DNA of 36,592 nt from a virus (lineage: Duplodnaviria; Caudoviricetes). The stretch is taken from positions 1 through 36,592 of IMG/VR virus record IMGVR_UViG_3300037780_000219; one strand, written 5' to 3'. The notes below the pieces were generated by a model. It saw only the letters and a program-made list of their open reading frames with translations. It did not search any database and had not been told where the DNA came from. A program made the position numbers and the translations under genes. Shown in pieces: positions 16,904-27,000 of this stretch (the stretch's first letter is position 1; every line of letters begins with the position of its first letter).

Positions 16904-18457
16904 ATGAGTTTTATAAAAAGAGTGTTCTCCAGGATTGGTTTTAGTGGTTCTGCGGAGGCGGGTGATTCTCGATCAGTATCCAGGAGGCGAGGCTATGAGG
17001 CGGCTCAAATAGGTCGGCTAACTGCGTCCTGGACGACAACTCCAAAGCCGATTGATTCTGATATTCGGCGAGGTTTGGGAATTGCTCGAGCTCGATGCCG
17101 TGAGGCGGCGCAGAATAACGATTACGTTAAGCACTATCTGCGACTCTTAAAATCAAATGTTGTCGGGCCTGTCGGGATCCGCACGGTTCCTCAGTCTTTG
17201 TTCCCAGATGGAAAGCTCGATCTTAAAGCTAATAAGGCGATCGAGGAGGGGTTCAAGGAATGGGCAGTAACCGGGATCCCGGACGTTACAGGTTTGCACT
17301 CCTGGAGATCAATCCAGCGGATGTACCTGGAGACAATTGCAAAGGACGGAGAGTGTTTTATCCGTAGGCATAAGGGCTGGGGGCGGAATGCCTTTCGATA
17401 TGCGCTTGAATTTATCGACGCGGAGGCAATCGATCGGAATCTAACTACCGATCTCGGGGACGGTCGGTGTATCAATATGGGGATCGAGCTCGATAAGTGG
17501 CGCCGGCCTGTTGCTTACTATGTGATAACCAGGAGCCCGACATCTGACGTTTATGAGTATCAAGGTCGGAGATATCTGCGTATCCCCGCGGAAGAAATGA
17601 TTCACGGATTCTTGCCCGAGTCCATCTTGCAGACTCGCGGTTTCCCCTGGCTAGCCGTCTCGTTAATGCGTTCTCAGATGCTGCACGGATACGAGGAGGC
17701 CGAGCTCGTCGCTGCAAGGGTCGCGTCGGCGAAAATGGGATTTTTTGAAACAGATCCCGAAAAGGCAGGCCCGGAGGAGTACGAGGGGGACAAGGACTCC
17801 TCCGGCGCTGAGCTTGTCGACGCCGAGCCGGGGACGTTTGAGGACCTGGATCCGGGTAAAAAGTTTGTCGCTTTCGACCCGCAACATCCGTCGTCCGCAT
17901 TCGATTCTTTTGTGAAAGCGAATCTCCGAGGCATGGCCTCTGGCCTGGGTGTGAGTTACCACACGATGGCAAACGATCTGAAAGGCGTCAATTACAGTTC
18001 TGGCCGGCTTGGTGCACTTGAGGATCGAGAGCTTTATAAAGAGCTCCAGACTTTTCTAATCGAAACTCTGATTCAGCCTGTCGTCATTGATGATTGGCTC
18101 CCCCTGGCCTTGCTTTCCGGCCGACTCAATATCGGCGGCACTCCTCTCAAAAGTTCCAGGCTTTCCAAATATAAGAGGATCCATTTTCAGGGGCGGCGGT
18201 GGTCCTGGGTGGATCCGAAAAAGGATCTCGAGGGATACGGTATTGCCCTCGATCGGCGACTGCAATCGCCTCAGCAAGTTATCCGCGAGCGTGGCGACGA
18301 TCCCGAGGAGATTCTCGATCAGTGGGCCGAATGGGAGCGAATGAAAGCTGATCGAGGCATTAAAGAGGCGGATCCAAAGCCGCCAACGCCGGACGATACC
18401 GAGGACGAAAATCAATTAGACGACGAGGAGGGTTCCGATAATGGATCCGAAAACTAA
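16904..18457 (+). CDS. Portal protein, lambda family
   Basis: YEAA, DGECF, RPVAYY, QTRGFP, VNYSSGR, WVDPKKD. Confidence 0.97.
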   Translation: MSFIKRVFSRIGFSGSAEAGDSRSVSRRRGYEAAQIGRLTASWTTTPKPIDSDIRRGLGIARARCREAAQNNDYVKHYLRLLKSNVVGPVGIRTVPQSLFPDGKLDLKANKAIEEGFKEWAVTGIPDVTGLHSWRSIQRMYLETIAKDGECFIRRHKGWGRNAFRYALEFIDAEAIDRNLTTDLGDGRCINMGIELDKWRRPVAYYVITRSPTSDVYEYQGRRYLRIPAEEMIHGFLPESILQTRGFPWLAVSLMRSQMLHGYEEAELVAARVASAKMGFFETDPEKAGPEEYEGDKDSSGAELVDAEPGTFEDLDPGKKFVAFDPQHPSSAFDSFVKANLRGMASGLGVSYHTMANDLKGVNYSSGRLGALEDRELYKELQTFLIETLIQPVVIDDWLPLALLSGRLNIGGTPLKSSRLSKYKRIHFQGRRWSWVDPKKDLEGYGIALDRRLQSPQQVIRERGDDPEEILDQWAEWERMKADRGIKEADPKPPTPDDTEDENQLDDEEGSDNGSEN

Positions 18458-20405
18458 GGCGCCGGAGGATATGGGAATCCGGAAAAAACTACTCCGACAA
18501 ATTTCCGCCGAGGATCATAGTCGAGCCGTATCGATTGAGCGCGAAGCGATCGACGAAGAGGCTCGGACTGTAACTCTCGCTTTCAGTAGTGAGACTCCGG
18601 TCGAGAGATGGTTCGGAGATGAGATTCTCGATCACGATCCCAGTTCCGTTCGCCTGGAGCGTCTCCTCGACGGTGGTCCGCTCCTGGTGGATCACGATAC
18701 TCGAGATCATATCGGCACAGTCGAGAAAGCCTGGGTCGATAGCGATCGAGTTTGTCGGGCTGTTGTCAGGTTCGGCAAGAGTAGTCGAGCCGAGGAGATC
18801 TGGCAGGATGTTCTCGACCTAATTCGGAAAAAAGTTTCGATCTGGTATCGAATCCACAATGCGAGACCCGAGGAGCTCGGAGAGGACGGCGAGCCTCTCA
18901 GTTACCGGGTAATCGATTGGGAGCCTTTCGAGATTTCTTTCGTGTCAGTGCCGGCGGACAACTCGGTCGGGGTTGGCCGGAGCAAAAGCGGGAAAATGCC
19001 CGATCAAGAGTTTTCAATTAACCAGGAGAGCGACAGCTCTCAAGAATCCAGAAATAGCGAGGTAGTAACAATGCCACCAATTGAAGAAAACAAGCAGGCA
19101 ATCGAAAGTGCACGAGCGGCCGGCGAGCAAGCTGCGGCCGCAAGGATCGCCGAGGTTCTGCAGGCTGGCGAGCAGTACGCCGATCAAGGCGGCAATGAGG
19201 TTGCCCGGAAGGTCGTCGACGCCGGCGGAAATATTGAGGATTTCAATCGCGAAATGCTGCAGCATTCTGCTCAGTCTCGGCAAGCGACCGAGGCGGAATC
19301 TCCGGAGATCGATCTTACGGAAAAAGAGGCGCGGAATTATTCATTCGTCCGCGCCATGAATGCGCTTGCCAATCCGCAAGACAGGCGAGCTCGGGAGGCT
19401 GCGGCCTTCGAGATGGAGTGCTCCTCTGCAGCTCAAGACAAGATGCGGAAAGAAAGTCGCGGCTTTCTGGTTCCGGCAGACGTGCTCCGAATGGCCCTGG
19501 TTCAGGGGCAACGAGATCTGACTGTCGGCACAGCTACTGCCGGCGGGCATACGGTCGCTACTGACCTGATGGCAATGTCGTTTATCGAGTTGCTTCGCAA
19601 TCGAGCTCGTGTGCTGCCTCGCGCAACCATGCTGAATGATCTTAACGGTAATATCGCGATCCCTCGCATGACGGGCGGAGCTACTGCGTATTGGGTCGGC
19701 GAGGGCTCAGATATCACGGAATCGCAACAGTCGTTCGATCAGGTTGCAATGTCGCCGGAAACGGTCGGCGCCTTTACCGAGTTCTCTCGAAAACTGTTGA
19801 TTCAGTCATCGATTGACGTCGAGGCAATGGTTCGTCGCGACCTGGCTACCGTTCTCGCGCTCGAGCTGGATCGAGTGGCGATCAATGGCTCTGGCTCCAG
19901 CAACGAGCCGACGGGCATTCTCCAGACTGCCGGGATCGGTTCCGTCGTCGGCGGCACTAACGGCGCCGCGCCGGATTGGGATGATATCGTCGACCTGGAG
20001 ACCGAGGTCGCTGTCGATAATGCAGACGTCGGAGATCTGGCCTATGTCACTAACGCGAAAGTCCGCGGCAAGCTGAAAAAGACTTTTGTCGATAGTGGCT
20101 CCAATGCCGAGCGAGTCTGGGATATCCGAGCCGGTGATACGCCGCTCAATGGTTACGCCGGGATCACGACGAATCAGGTTCCCGACGACCTGGATAAGGG
20201 CACGGCTACCGGCGTTTGCTCTGCAATTCTTTTCGGTAACTGGGCCGACCTGATTGTCGCGCTCTGGGGTGGCTTGGATATCCAGGTTAACCCTTACGCA
20301 AACGACAAAAACGGCGGCGTCCGAGTTACCGCTTTTCAGGATGCCGACGTCGCGCCGCGCCATGCTCAAAGCTTCGCGGCAATGAAAGACGCGCTTACCA
20401 GCTAA
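18441..20405 (+). CDS. Prohead protease-major capsid protein fusion (HK97 fold)
   Basis: N-terminal PLLVDHD...WEPFEISFVSVPAD protease; C-terminal capsid AYWVGEG, SRKLL, FGNWADL. Confidence 0.95.
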   Translation: MDPKTKAPEDMGIRKKLLRQISAEDHSRAVSIEREAIDEEARTVTLAFSSETPVERWFGDEILDHDPSSVRLERLLDGGPLLVDHDTRDHIGTVEKAWVDSDRVCRAVVRFGKSSRAEEIWQDVLDLIRKKVSIWYRIHNARPEELGEDGEPLSYRVIDWEPFEISFVSVPADNSVGVGRSKSGKMPDQEFSINQESDSSQESRNSEVVTMPPIEENKQAIESARAAGEQAAAARIAEVLQAGEQYADQGGNEVARKVVDAGGNIEDFNREMLQHSAQSRQATEAESPEIDLTEKEARNYSFVRAMNALANPQDRRAREAAAFEMECSSAAQDKMRKESRGFLVPADVLRMALVQGQRDLTVGTATAGGHTVATDLMAMSFIELLRNRARVLPRATMLNDLNGNIAIPRMTGGATAYWVGEGSDITESQQSFDQVAMSPETVGAFTEFSRKLLIQSSIDVEAMVRRDLATVLALELDRVAINGSGSSNEPTGILQTAGIGSVVGGTNGAAPDWDDIVDLETEVAVDNADVGDLAYVTNAKVRGKLKKTFVDSGSNAERVWDIRAGDTPLNGYAGITTNQVPDDLDKGTATGVCSAILFGNWADLIVALWGGLDIQVNPYANDKNGGVRVTAFQDADVAPRHAQSFAAMKDALTS

Positions 20406-20482
20406 CCGGAAAGGATTAGCGTAAAGGGATAAATCCGCGCCACGGATGGCGCTCTATTATCAACTCTTTCGGATAATCAATT

Positions 20483-20704
20483 ATGAAAATCAAAGCGAAA
20501 AGGAATACTCAGGATTCAGCCGGCAAGGATATCCAGGTCGGCAAGACCTATACTGCAGGCAAGGACATCTCGGAAAGGGATGCAAAGTATCTCGTTTCAA
20601 TCGGTAAAGCTTCCATTGTGAAAAGTGGCGGCGGATCCAAGAAAGACGCCGGCAACGATGCCAAGAAAGACGACGGCAACGATGCCAAGAAGGGCGAGAA
20701 ATAG
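20483..20704 (+). CDS. Small Lys-rich head-associated protein
   Basis: Follows the capsid gene; ISERDAKYLVSIGKA; tandem repeat in tail. Confidence 0.7.
   Translation: MKIKAKRNTQDSAGKDIQVGKTYTAGKDISERDAKYLVSIGKASIVKSGGGSKKDAGNDAKKDDGNDAKKGEK
20637..20691 (+). repeat. 24-bp in-frame tandem repeat (~2.3 units)
   Basis: CCAAGAAAGACG(C/A)CGGCAACGATG twice then CCAAGAA; encodes KKDAGNDAKKDDGNDAKK. Confidence 0.8.
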
Positions 20705-20712
20705 GGCGATAA

Positions 20713-21018
20713 ATGTCACAGTCTAGCGCCTTCAATGCAGCGGCCGCGGAGATAATAAAGTCTCGCGGCTTGCTGTCTACTTACACTCAGAGCGAAACGA
20801 CTAGCGATCCGTTTTACATTCTGATCGATCGGGATGTCGAGATCGTGGATCCAGATAGCGGGGCGTGCGCGTATGTCACTGCCGCGATTTTTGCAAAGTC
20901 TGATTTCCCCTTTGACATACCAAAGCCGGGGGATACGATTTTGCAAAGCTCGAGGAGCTGGGTTTCTCAGCGACAGATCGAAGACGACGGTTATTTGATA
21001 ACGCTCGAGGTGATTTGA
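20713..21018 (+). CDS. Head-tail joining protein (gpFII-like)
   Basis: Size and position; PKPGDTI...W...EDDG. Confidence 0.65.
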   Translation: MSQSSAFNAAAAEIIKSRGLLSTYTQSETTSDPFYILIDRDVEIVDPDSGACAYVTAAIFAKSDFPFDIPKPGDTILQSSRSWVSQRQIEDDGYLITLEVI

Positions 21019-21608
21019 TGTTAGCGCCTCAAATTTCGTTCGAGAATATCGACGAGATCCGGAAATCAGTAGATCCGAAAATATTTGCTCAGGCGGTTGG
21101 CTCAACAATCAGGCAGCTATCTGATAAAGCTGAGGTCCAGATAGCTCGAGCAATACAGGCTCGATATCCGATCAAAAGAGCAACGATAAGGCAGGCCGTC
21201 CAAAAGCATTACGATAACTCGGATTCATTGCCGGCGCGGATTCTCAGATATCGCGCCTCGAGGATTTCATTGCGACACTACGCAACAAAAAGCCCTCGTC
21301 CAGCCATTAAGACAACTCGCGGGATCCGGTACGGCGCAAAAGTAAAAGATCGAAAAGGGGCTCCGCCGAGGATTGTTCCGGGCGGCTTTTTCGGTACAGC
21401 AAAGAGCTCGGGGTCGAGCCAGATATTCGCTCGAGTTAGTGAAAGATCAGACTCCAAATTGAAAAAACTAACGGGGCCATCTGTCTCTCAGCTAGTGCGA
21501 GGCGAAAGCGTGCAAAACCAGGTCGCTCAATTTGTCCGAGAGAATGCGGATCAGTTGCTCGCTAAAAATCTGGATCATTTTCAAAAGCGGAGGATTGGGG
21601 TTCGATGA
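21015..21608 (+). CDS. Minor tail protein Z-like
   Basis: Basic protein; GGFF...IFAR...LTGPSVSQ; synteny. Confidence 0.75.
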   Translation: MMLAPQISFENIDEIRKSVDPKIFAQAVGSTIRQLSDKAEVQIARAIQARYPIKRATIRQAVQKHYDNSDSLPARILRYRASRISLRHYATKSPRPAIKTTRGIRYGAKVKDRKGAPPRIVPGGFFGTAKSSGSSQIFARVSERSDSKLKKLTGPSVSQLVRGESVQNQVAQFVRENADQLLAKNLDHFQKRRIGVR

Positions 21609-22003
21609 TAGACGAGCTGATTAGTCTGGCTGAATCCAATCTCAAGAGTCCGGGAGGCTCGTTTAAATATGTTGGTAAGGCATATTCGATGCAGGCCCTC
21701 GAGGATCTGCAGGGCGAAGTCCCGGCGCTATTGTTTATTCCTGGAGAGGATTCCGGGGCGGAGTCAACTGGATCGAATCCAGTCCGGCAAATGGTTGTCC
21801 GGCGTGTACAGGCCTGGATCGTAGCCGACGCGGGTTCAATTATGACTCTATCGAACGAGGTTCGGCCGGTGCTCCTGGGGTATCGGCCTTTTTCAAATCG
21901 AAGTTATTCGCGCCTAGAGTTCGAGAGCGGTAAGCCTTTCGATATTAAGGGCGTAATGTGGTACGTCGAGACCTATCGGACACAACATCAATTAGCGCCA
22001 TAA
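21605..22003 (+). CDS. Tail terminator protein
   Basis: PALLFIP...VRPVLLGYRP...WYVETY; synteny. Confidence 0.65.
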   Translation: MIDELISLAESNLKSPGGSFKYVGKAYSMQALEDLQGEVPALLFIPGEDSGAESTGSNPVRQMVVRRVQAWIVADAGSIMTLSNEVRPVLLGYRPFSNRSYSRLEFESGKPFDIKGVMWYVETYRTQHQLAP

Positions 22004-22015
22004 GGAGGCTATCCA

Positions 22016-22171
22016 GTGCACAGAAAGGGCGGATCTTATGAGGTCGTCGAAGGCAAGCGGAAACCGATAAGCGCCGCTCGCCGGGACGAAATCATATTCG
22101 GAAAAAAGCCGTCGACGGACGAAAAGTCAGTCGGCAAAAAGTCACGAAAGACTGATCGAGGAGAGGACTAA
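22016..22171 (+). CDS. Small basic protein (51 aa) missing from the ORF track
   Basis: AAGGAGG RBS, GTG start; MHRKGGSYEVVEGKRK...; fills the gap before the tail tube gene. Confidence 0.65.
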   Translation: MHRKGGSYEVVEGKRKPISAARRDEIIFGKKPSTDEKSVGKKSRKTDRGED

Positions 22172-22173
22172 CT

Positions 22174-23115
22174 ATGTTTCTCGGTGAACATTATTTACTA
22201 GCCAAGCAGGAGGGCACTCCCTATACAGAGGAGGCTCCGGCCGGCGCTAATGCGATCGAGGCATACGATATCAATATCGATCCTCTGGTCGGAAACTCAC
22301 AGAATCGAAACCGCGTCGCTCGAGGATTTCACGGCGCCGGCGAGGAGATCCAGCTCGAGCAATGGGTCAATATTCGATTCAAGGTTGCTATCAGCAATTC
22401 CGGTGCCGCCGGCACTGCTCCGGCTTACGGCGTTCTCCTGGCTGCGTGTTTTATGTCAGAGACGATTGTAGCTACTACGAGCGTTGCCTACGAGCCGGCC
22501 GTCACGAATGCGCCTTGCACTATCTACTATGATATCGGCAACGGTTCCAGCACTACGCGGCACAAAATTATCGGCTGTGGTGGCTCGGTGAGCATGGTCG
22601 AGCAAAACGGTCAGGTCGGGTATCTGGAGTTCAATCTTACCGGATACTATACGCGTCCAGGAGAGGCGAGCGAGATCACTCCGGATCTGACCTCTTTCAA
22701 TGAGGGATTGGTATTCGACGACGATAATATCGATACTTTTACCCTGGGCGGCTACGCGGCGAAAGTCGTAAATCTTTCCGTGAATTTCGGGCCTCAGATT
22801 GCGCCGCACAATATCAAGGGTAACAAGAAAATCGATTTCGCCGGACGAGACGTCCGAGGCTCGATGACTGTCCTCGCCGAGGAGCTGGACACGAAAAACT
22901 ATTTCCAGCTTGCCGAATCGTTAAACGGCGCCACGACCGGAGCTCTATCTCTGGTCAAGGGTGCGACGGCCGGCTCTATTGAGACTCTCGCCGCGAGCAA
23001 AGTCCAGGCTCATAATATTCGGCAATCGAGTATTGATGGGCTCCTCGCCTACGACATGGATCTGATCTTTATTCCGTCAAGTGGCGACGACGAGTTCTCC
23101 TGGACTCTGACTTAG
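22174..23115 (+). CDS. Major tail (tube) protein
   Basis: 313 aa; SGAAGTAPAYGVLLAAC...TIYY...HKIIGCGG...LEFNLTG; followed by terminator and chaperones. Confidence 0.85.
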   Translation: MFLGEHYLLAKQEGTPYTEEAPAGANAIEAYDINIDPLVGNSQNRNRVARGFHGAGEEIQLEQWVNIRFKVAISNSGAAGTAPAYGVLLAACFMSETIVATTSVAYEPAVTNAPCTIYYDIGNGSSTTRHKIIGCGGSVSMVEQNGQVGYLEFNLTGYYTRPGEASEITPDLTSFNEGLVFDDDNIDTFTLGGYAAKVVNLSVNFGPQIAPHNIKGNKKIDFAGRDVRGSMTVLAEELDTKNYFQLAESLNGATTGALSLVKGATAGSIETLAASKVQAHNIRQSSIDGLLAYDMDLIFIPSSGDDEFSWTLT

Positions 23116-23133
23116 GTCAGTATCTCGGGGATC

Positions 23134-23174
23134 CCGGCGGCAGTGTCTGTCCGAGCACTGCCGCCGGCCTTTCT
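23134..23174 (+). terminator. Intrinsic terminator after the major tail gene
   Basis: CCGGCGGCAGTG-N10-CACTGCCGCCGG then CCTTTCT. Confidence 0.7.
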
Positions 23175-23183
23175 AATCGGACT

Positions 23184-23277
23184 GATAGCAATCTGTTGCG
23201 GTGGCCAGCTCCAGGAGAGCGATATTTGATAGCGTTCGGATGGAGATCCGCACCAGGTTAATTCGCTAAATGCAATC
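23184..23277 (+). repeat. Triple-box 44-bp-period element, copy 4
   Basis: GATAGC 23184, GATAGC 23228, GCAATC 23272; spacers closely related to copy 6. Confidence 0.9.
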
Positions 23278-23301
23278 AAAACCAAGCAATCGGACTAAAT
23301 T

Positions 23302-23694
23302 ATGATTTTAAAAGGACAGCGAAAGGCTCTCGAAATTCCTGTAACACTGGTGATCCCTGCGGATCCTGTTGAGGGTTCTGCGGAGTCGGAGATCAGGTTT
23401 CACTTATTTGTCAGAAACTACGGAATCTCCAAGCGGCAAGAGTTTCAGCAATATTTTCATGCCGACAAAAAGAAACGCGATATTCAAGATATCGACGATA
23501 TCGAATTTGTGCGGGAGCACTGCCTCGGATGGAAGGGGATCCAGGACGCCGACTCTAACGAGGTTGAGTTTTCCTCGGAAAATATCCCTCTCGTGCTCGA
23601 CGATCCGGATTATCGAAAAGCGATTGTTCTCGCCATTATCAGAACAATTATTCTCGGCGACGAAGGTCTTGCAAAGGCCGTCGAGGGAAACTGA
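23302..23694 (+). CDS. Tail assembly chaperone (gpG-like)
   Basis: LGWKGIQDAD..EVEFSSEN..LVLD; ends in slippery G GGA AAC TGA. Confidence 0.85.
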   Translation: MILKGQRKALEIPVTLVIPADPVEGSAESEIRFHLFVRNYGISKRQEFQQYFHADKKKRDIQDIDDIEFVREHCLGWKGIQDADSNEVEFSSENIPLVLDDPDYRKAIVLAIIRTIILGDEGLAKAVEGN

Positions 23695-24095
23695 TCGGGG
23701 CCGGTCTCTATTGGGCGAGAGATAGCTATAAACGGCCGAGAAAAACTGAGGCGGAAAAAGGCGCCTCTAAAATCAAGTTCAAGCGTAAGAAAAAGATCTC
23801 AACGGAGATCGATAGCTATTACGTTTGGTCAGAAAATTGGGAGGCCTGGGAGATATTCCAGCAGCTCTCAGATCAATGGAATGTGGTCTCCCTTTCTGCC
23901 GGTTTAGGCAGGGCCGACATATTCTGGCAATCATTCAGGATTGAGTCTCTCCGGGGCTACCTGGATCTAATGATCGATGATCCTCCGGACAGGCGGATCT
24001 TGTTTAAGAAAATCTTACTCATAGCTCGAGGCGCGAAAGCGGGATTAAATGGCGGATCGAAAAATACAAACGACGCTAGTCATTCGAGGCGATAG
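23685..24095 (+). CDS. gpT-like segment (DUF1799-like) reached by -1 frameshift
   Basis: The -1 frame is open from GGGAAAC (23685-23691) to 24095; VWSENWEAWEIFQQLSDQW motif. Confidence 0.85.
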   Translation, partial: GKLIGAGLYWARDSYKRPRKTEAEKGASKIKFKRKKKISTEIDSYYVWSENWEAWEIFQQLSDQWNVVSLSAGLGRADIFWQSFRIESLRGYLDLMIDDPPDRRILFKKILLIARGAKAGLNGGSKNTNDASHSRR

Positions 24096-27000
24096 CCGGA
24101 ATGCCGTTCGCGAGCTCAATGTAACTGAGAAAGAGCTCGAGAAGCTGATCGGCCGTCAAAAGCAAGGCGTCGGGGTCGCGAAGCAACTTGCGGCCGGCTA
24201 TGGGAACATAATCGGAAAACTCGATCTCTACGCCAAGATCGGCGGGACAATTGCGGTCGCTGCGACGGGTGCGATTGTAAAGTCTCAGCTTGAGCTAATC
24301 GATTCGATCGGGAAAACGGCCGACGCAATTGGTATTCAGACTGAGGCCTTGATCGGTTATCGTCACGCCGCGAATATTACCGGCGTCTCGAATCAAAAGC
24401 TCGACGACTCTCTTAAGAAAATGATTAAGAATGTCGGCGACGCGAGTAACGGGTTCGGTCAGGCGAAAACCGTCCTCGAGGGTCTCGGTCTTGCCAATGA
24501 GGAGTTTTTTAATCTCCAGCCTGCAGAGCAATTCGAGTTCCTCGCGGATAAGATTAGCGGCCTTGAGACTGCTCAAAAGAAAGCCTCCGCGGCTCAGGCG
24601 ATATTCGGTCGGGCCGGCCTGGATCTAGTTAATACGCTTAATCTCGGCAGCGACGGTCTTGCGGAGCTGTCCAGGCAAACGGAGATCGCCGGGACTGCTC
24701 TTTCTCGCTTAGAGGTCGCAAAGGTTGAGCAGGCAAACGACGCAATCGCGACAGCTAAGCTCCAGGCGACCGGATTCGCTCAACAGATAACCGTCCAGGT
24801 CGCGCCGGTGATCAAGGATCTCGCGGATCGGATGTTTAATGTCGCCGAGGAAACTGACGGCGTCGGATCCGCGGCGGAGAAGTCGTTCGACTTTGTTGTA
24901 AAGGGTGTCGGCGTTATGGCCGACGGGATCCACGGCGTTCGGGTTATTGTGAAGGGTCTCGAGACAGCTTTCGCCGGCGTTGCTTCGACTGCTGTCCAGG
25001 GTTTCGGGTTGATCATTGAGGGCTATACCGAGCTCGCGGATCTGATTCCCGGAATCGATATTGAATACGGCGACACGGCGTTCGGCCGGCTTGAGGAGTC
25101 GGTCGCTCGCAATTTTCGGGTTACTCGGGAGGAGCTTGAGGATCTTCTCAACGAGGAGATCCCGTCAACGGCTCTTGAAAACTATATCGAGGGCGTTCAG
25201 AGGAAGTCGACAGAATCCGCTCAGGCTGTCGTCGATTCTCAACTAGAGGTTATCCATGTTAGCGAGGACCTGGAGGATCAGCTCGACGACGTAGACGACT
25301 CTGCGGACGATGTCCGGGAGACGATTAAGAAAATTGAGCGCGAGGCAGATCCTTTAGCTGATTCTTATGAGGAGGCCCTCACAAGGATAGATCAATCTTT
25401 CGTTGCTTTGTGGCGCTCTGCAGGAGACGGAGTCGATTCCTTTGTTGATTCGGCAAAGGATACGATCGCGGATTTTCTTGCGGAGATTGCCCATCAATCC
25501 ACGACTCAGCCCCTTTTACTTAATCTGGGGTTTGTGGGGCAGGGCGGCGGATTGACGATTCCAGGATCCGGAGGATCTGCAGGCGCTTTTTCATCTACTC
25601 CGCTCGCTGGTCTTTTGGGTCTAGGCGGTGGTGTTCCTGGTCTTGCCAATCTGGTTAGTAATAGCTCCCTCCATGCTGGAAACGCGCTCTATAACCTGGG
25701 GCTCGATGGCCTGGGGGATATTGCGATCGAGAGATCATTCCAGGCGACTAACTGGAGCACGACAGATCTACTCAAGGATGCCGGTTTAAATGCTGTTGGC
25801 GGCGTCGCTGGCAGTTTTGTCGGTAGCGAGCTCGGCGGCGCATTATTCGGGAAAACTGCCGAAAGCAATATCGGCTCGACAGTCCTCGGAGCGGCCGGCA
25901 GCTTGTTCGGTCCCTGGGGAACATTCATCGGATCCGCGATCGGATCCGCGATCGATGCGGCTACCGGGGGAGACGGGAAAAAGGACGTTAAAGCCGGATT
26001 CCTGGTCAATCCCGCGGCGAATACTGCAAATAATTTCAGGGTCGATCCTTTTGCCTCCGGCTATGCCCCTATCGGATTCGCTGAGCGGGTTTCTACGGAT
26101 GTTGCTAATCAGGTTATAGATCAGTTTCGAGTCGCGGATTCGATATTTACTCAGCTATCCCGCTCGGCCGGCTTGAGCTTCAATTTCTCGGGAGCAAACT
26201 TTAACGGCCTCGATGCGCGAGCGAATCCCGGATCCTCTGGGCTCTTTTTTGGCCTGGCCGGCGAAAATGGTCTCGGTGATCAGGATCTCGCGTCTCAGGT
26301 TGCAAACTTTTTGCTACAAGAGATCAATGCAGTCGCTGATCAGCTAGATCCGAGCGTCCTTGAGGCGGTTAATTCAGCGGCGAAAGATGCGGACTCTATA
26401 CTCCGGGCCTATGCGAAAGCCCTCGAGGATGTCGCTAAGGAGACCGAGGGCGCCGAGGATGCCGAGGGAGATCTCCAGGGCGCGAGAGCCGAGCAGATTG
26501 ATCAGGTCCGCAAGCTGGCGAGTCAGCTTGCGTCGCAAATGCAGGACCTCGACTCTCTGGGAGCGTTGTCGATCAGTGGCTCCTATTCGTCTGAGCTGCA
26601 GAGGATCTCAGATCTCCGGGATCTCTATATCCAGGAGGCCGAGGAGCAGGAGCGTCTCGAGCGAGAGTTACACGATCAAAGGGTAGAGAATTATCGCGAA
26701 TCAATAGATCTGGCTCGCGATCTCGGAAGGTTTACCGAGGATCTGCTTACGGGCGATCTATCTCCGCTTAAAGGCCCGGAAAAATTGGGCGAGGCTAAGG
26801 ATCAATTTTATTCGCTAGCGTCTCGTGCGGCGGCTGGTGATTTTGAGGCCGGTAGTGAGTTAACTGGGGCGGCGAATACTTACCTCCGTTTGGCTCGTGA
26901 TTATTACGCTAGCTCGCCTGAATATACGGCTATTTTTGAGGCGGTGCAGTCTCGGCTCGGTTCGGTTCAGGGTGTCCTCGGCAGTGTCTCCGATCCTGGT

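Noticed and set aside
20437-20452. Hairpin GCGCCA-CGGA-TGGCGC after the capsid gene as a terminator
   Set aside because: Short stem without a U-tract; not enough support
23175-23297. AATCGGACT direct repeat around element copy 4 as a target-site duplication
   Set aside because: The right copy is ~10 bp away from the element end, and no equivalent duplication flanks the other five copies
4067-23816. Isolated GATAGC hexamers inside genes (e.g. 4067, 10680, 23721, 23811) as extra element copies
   Set aside because: No partner box at the 44-bp offsets I checked; 23721 and 23811 are 90 bp apart
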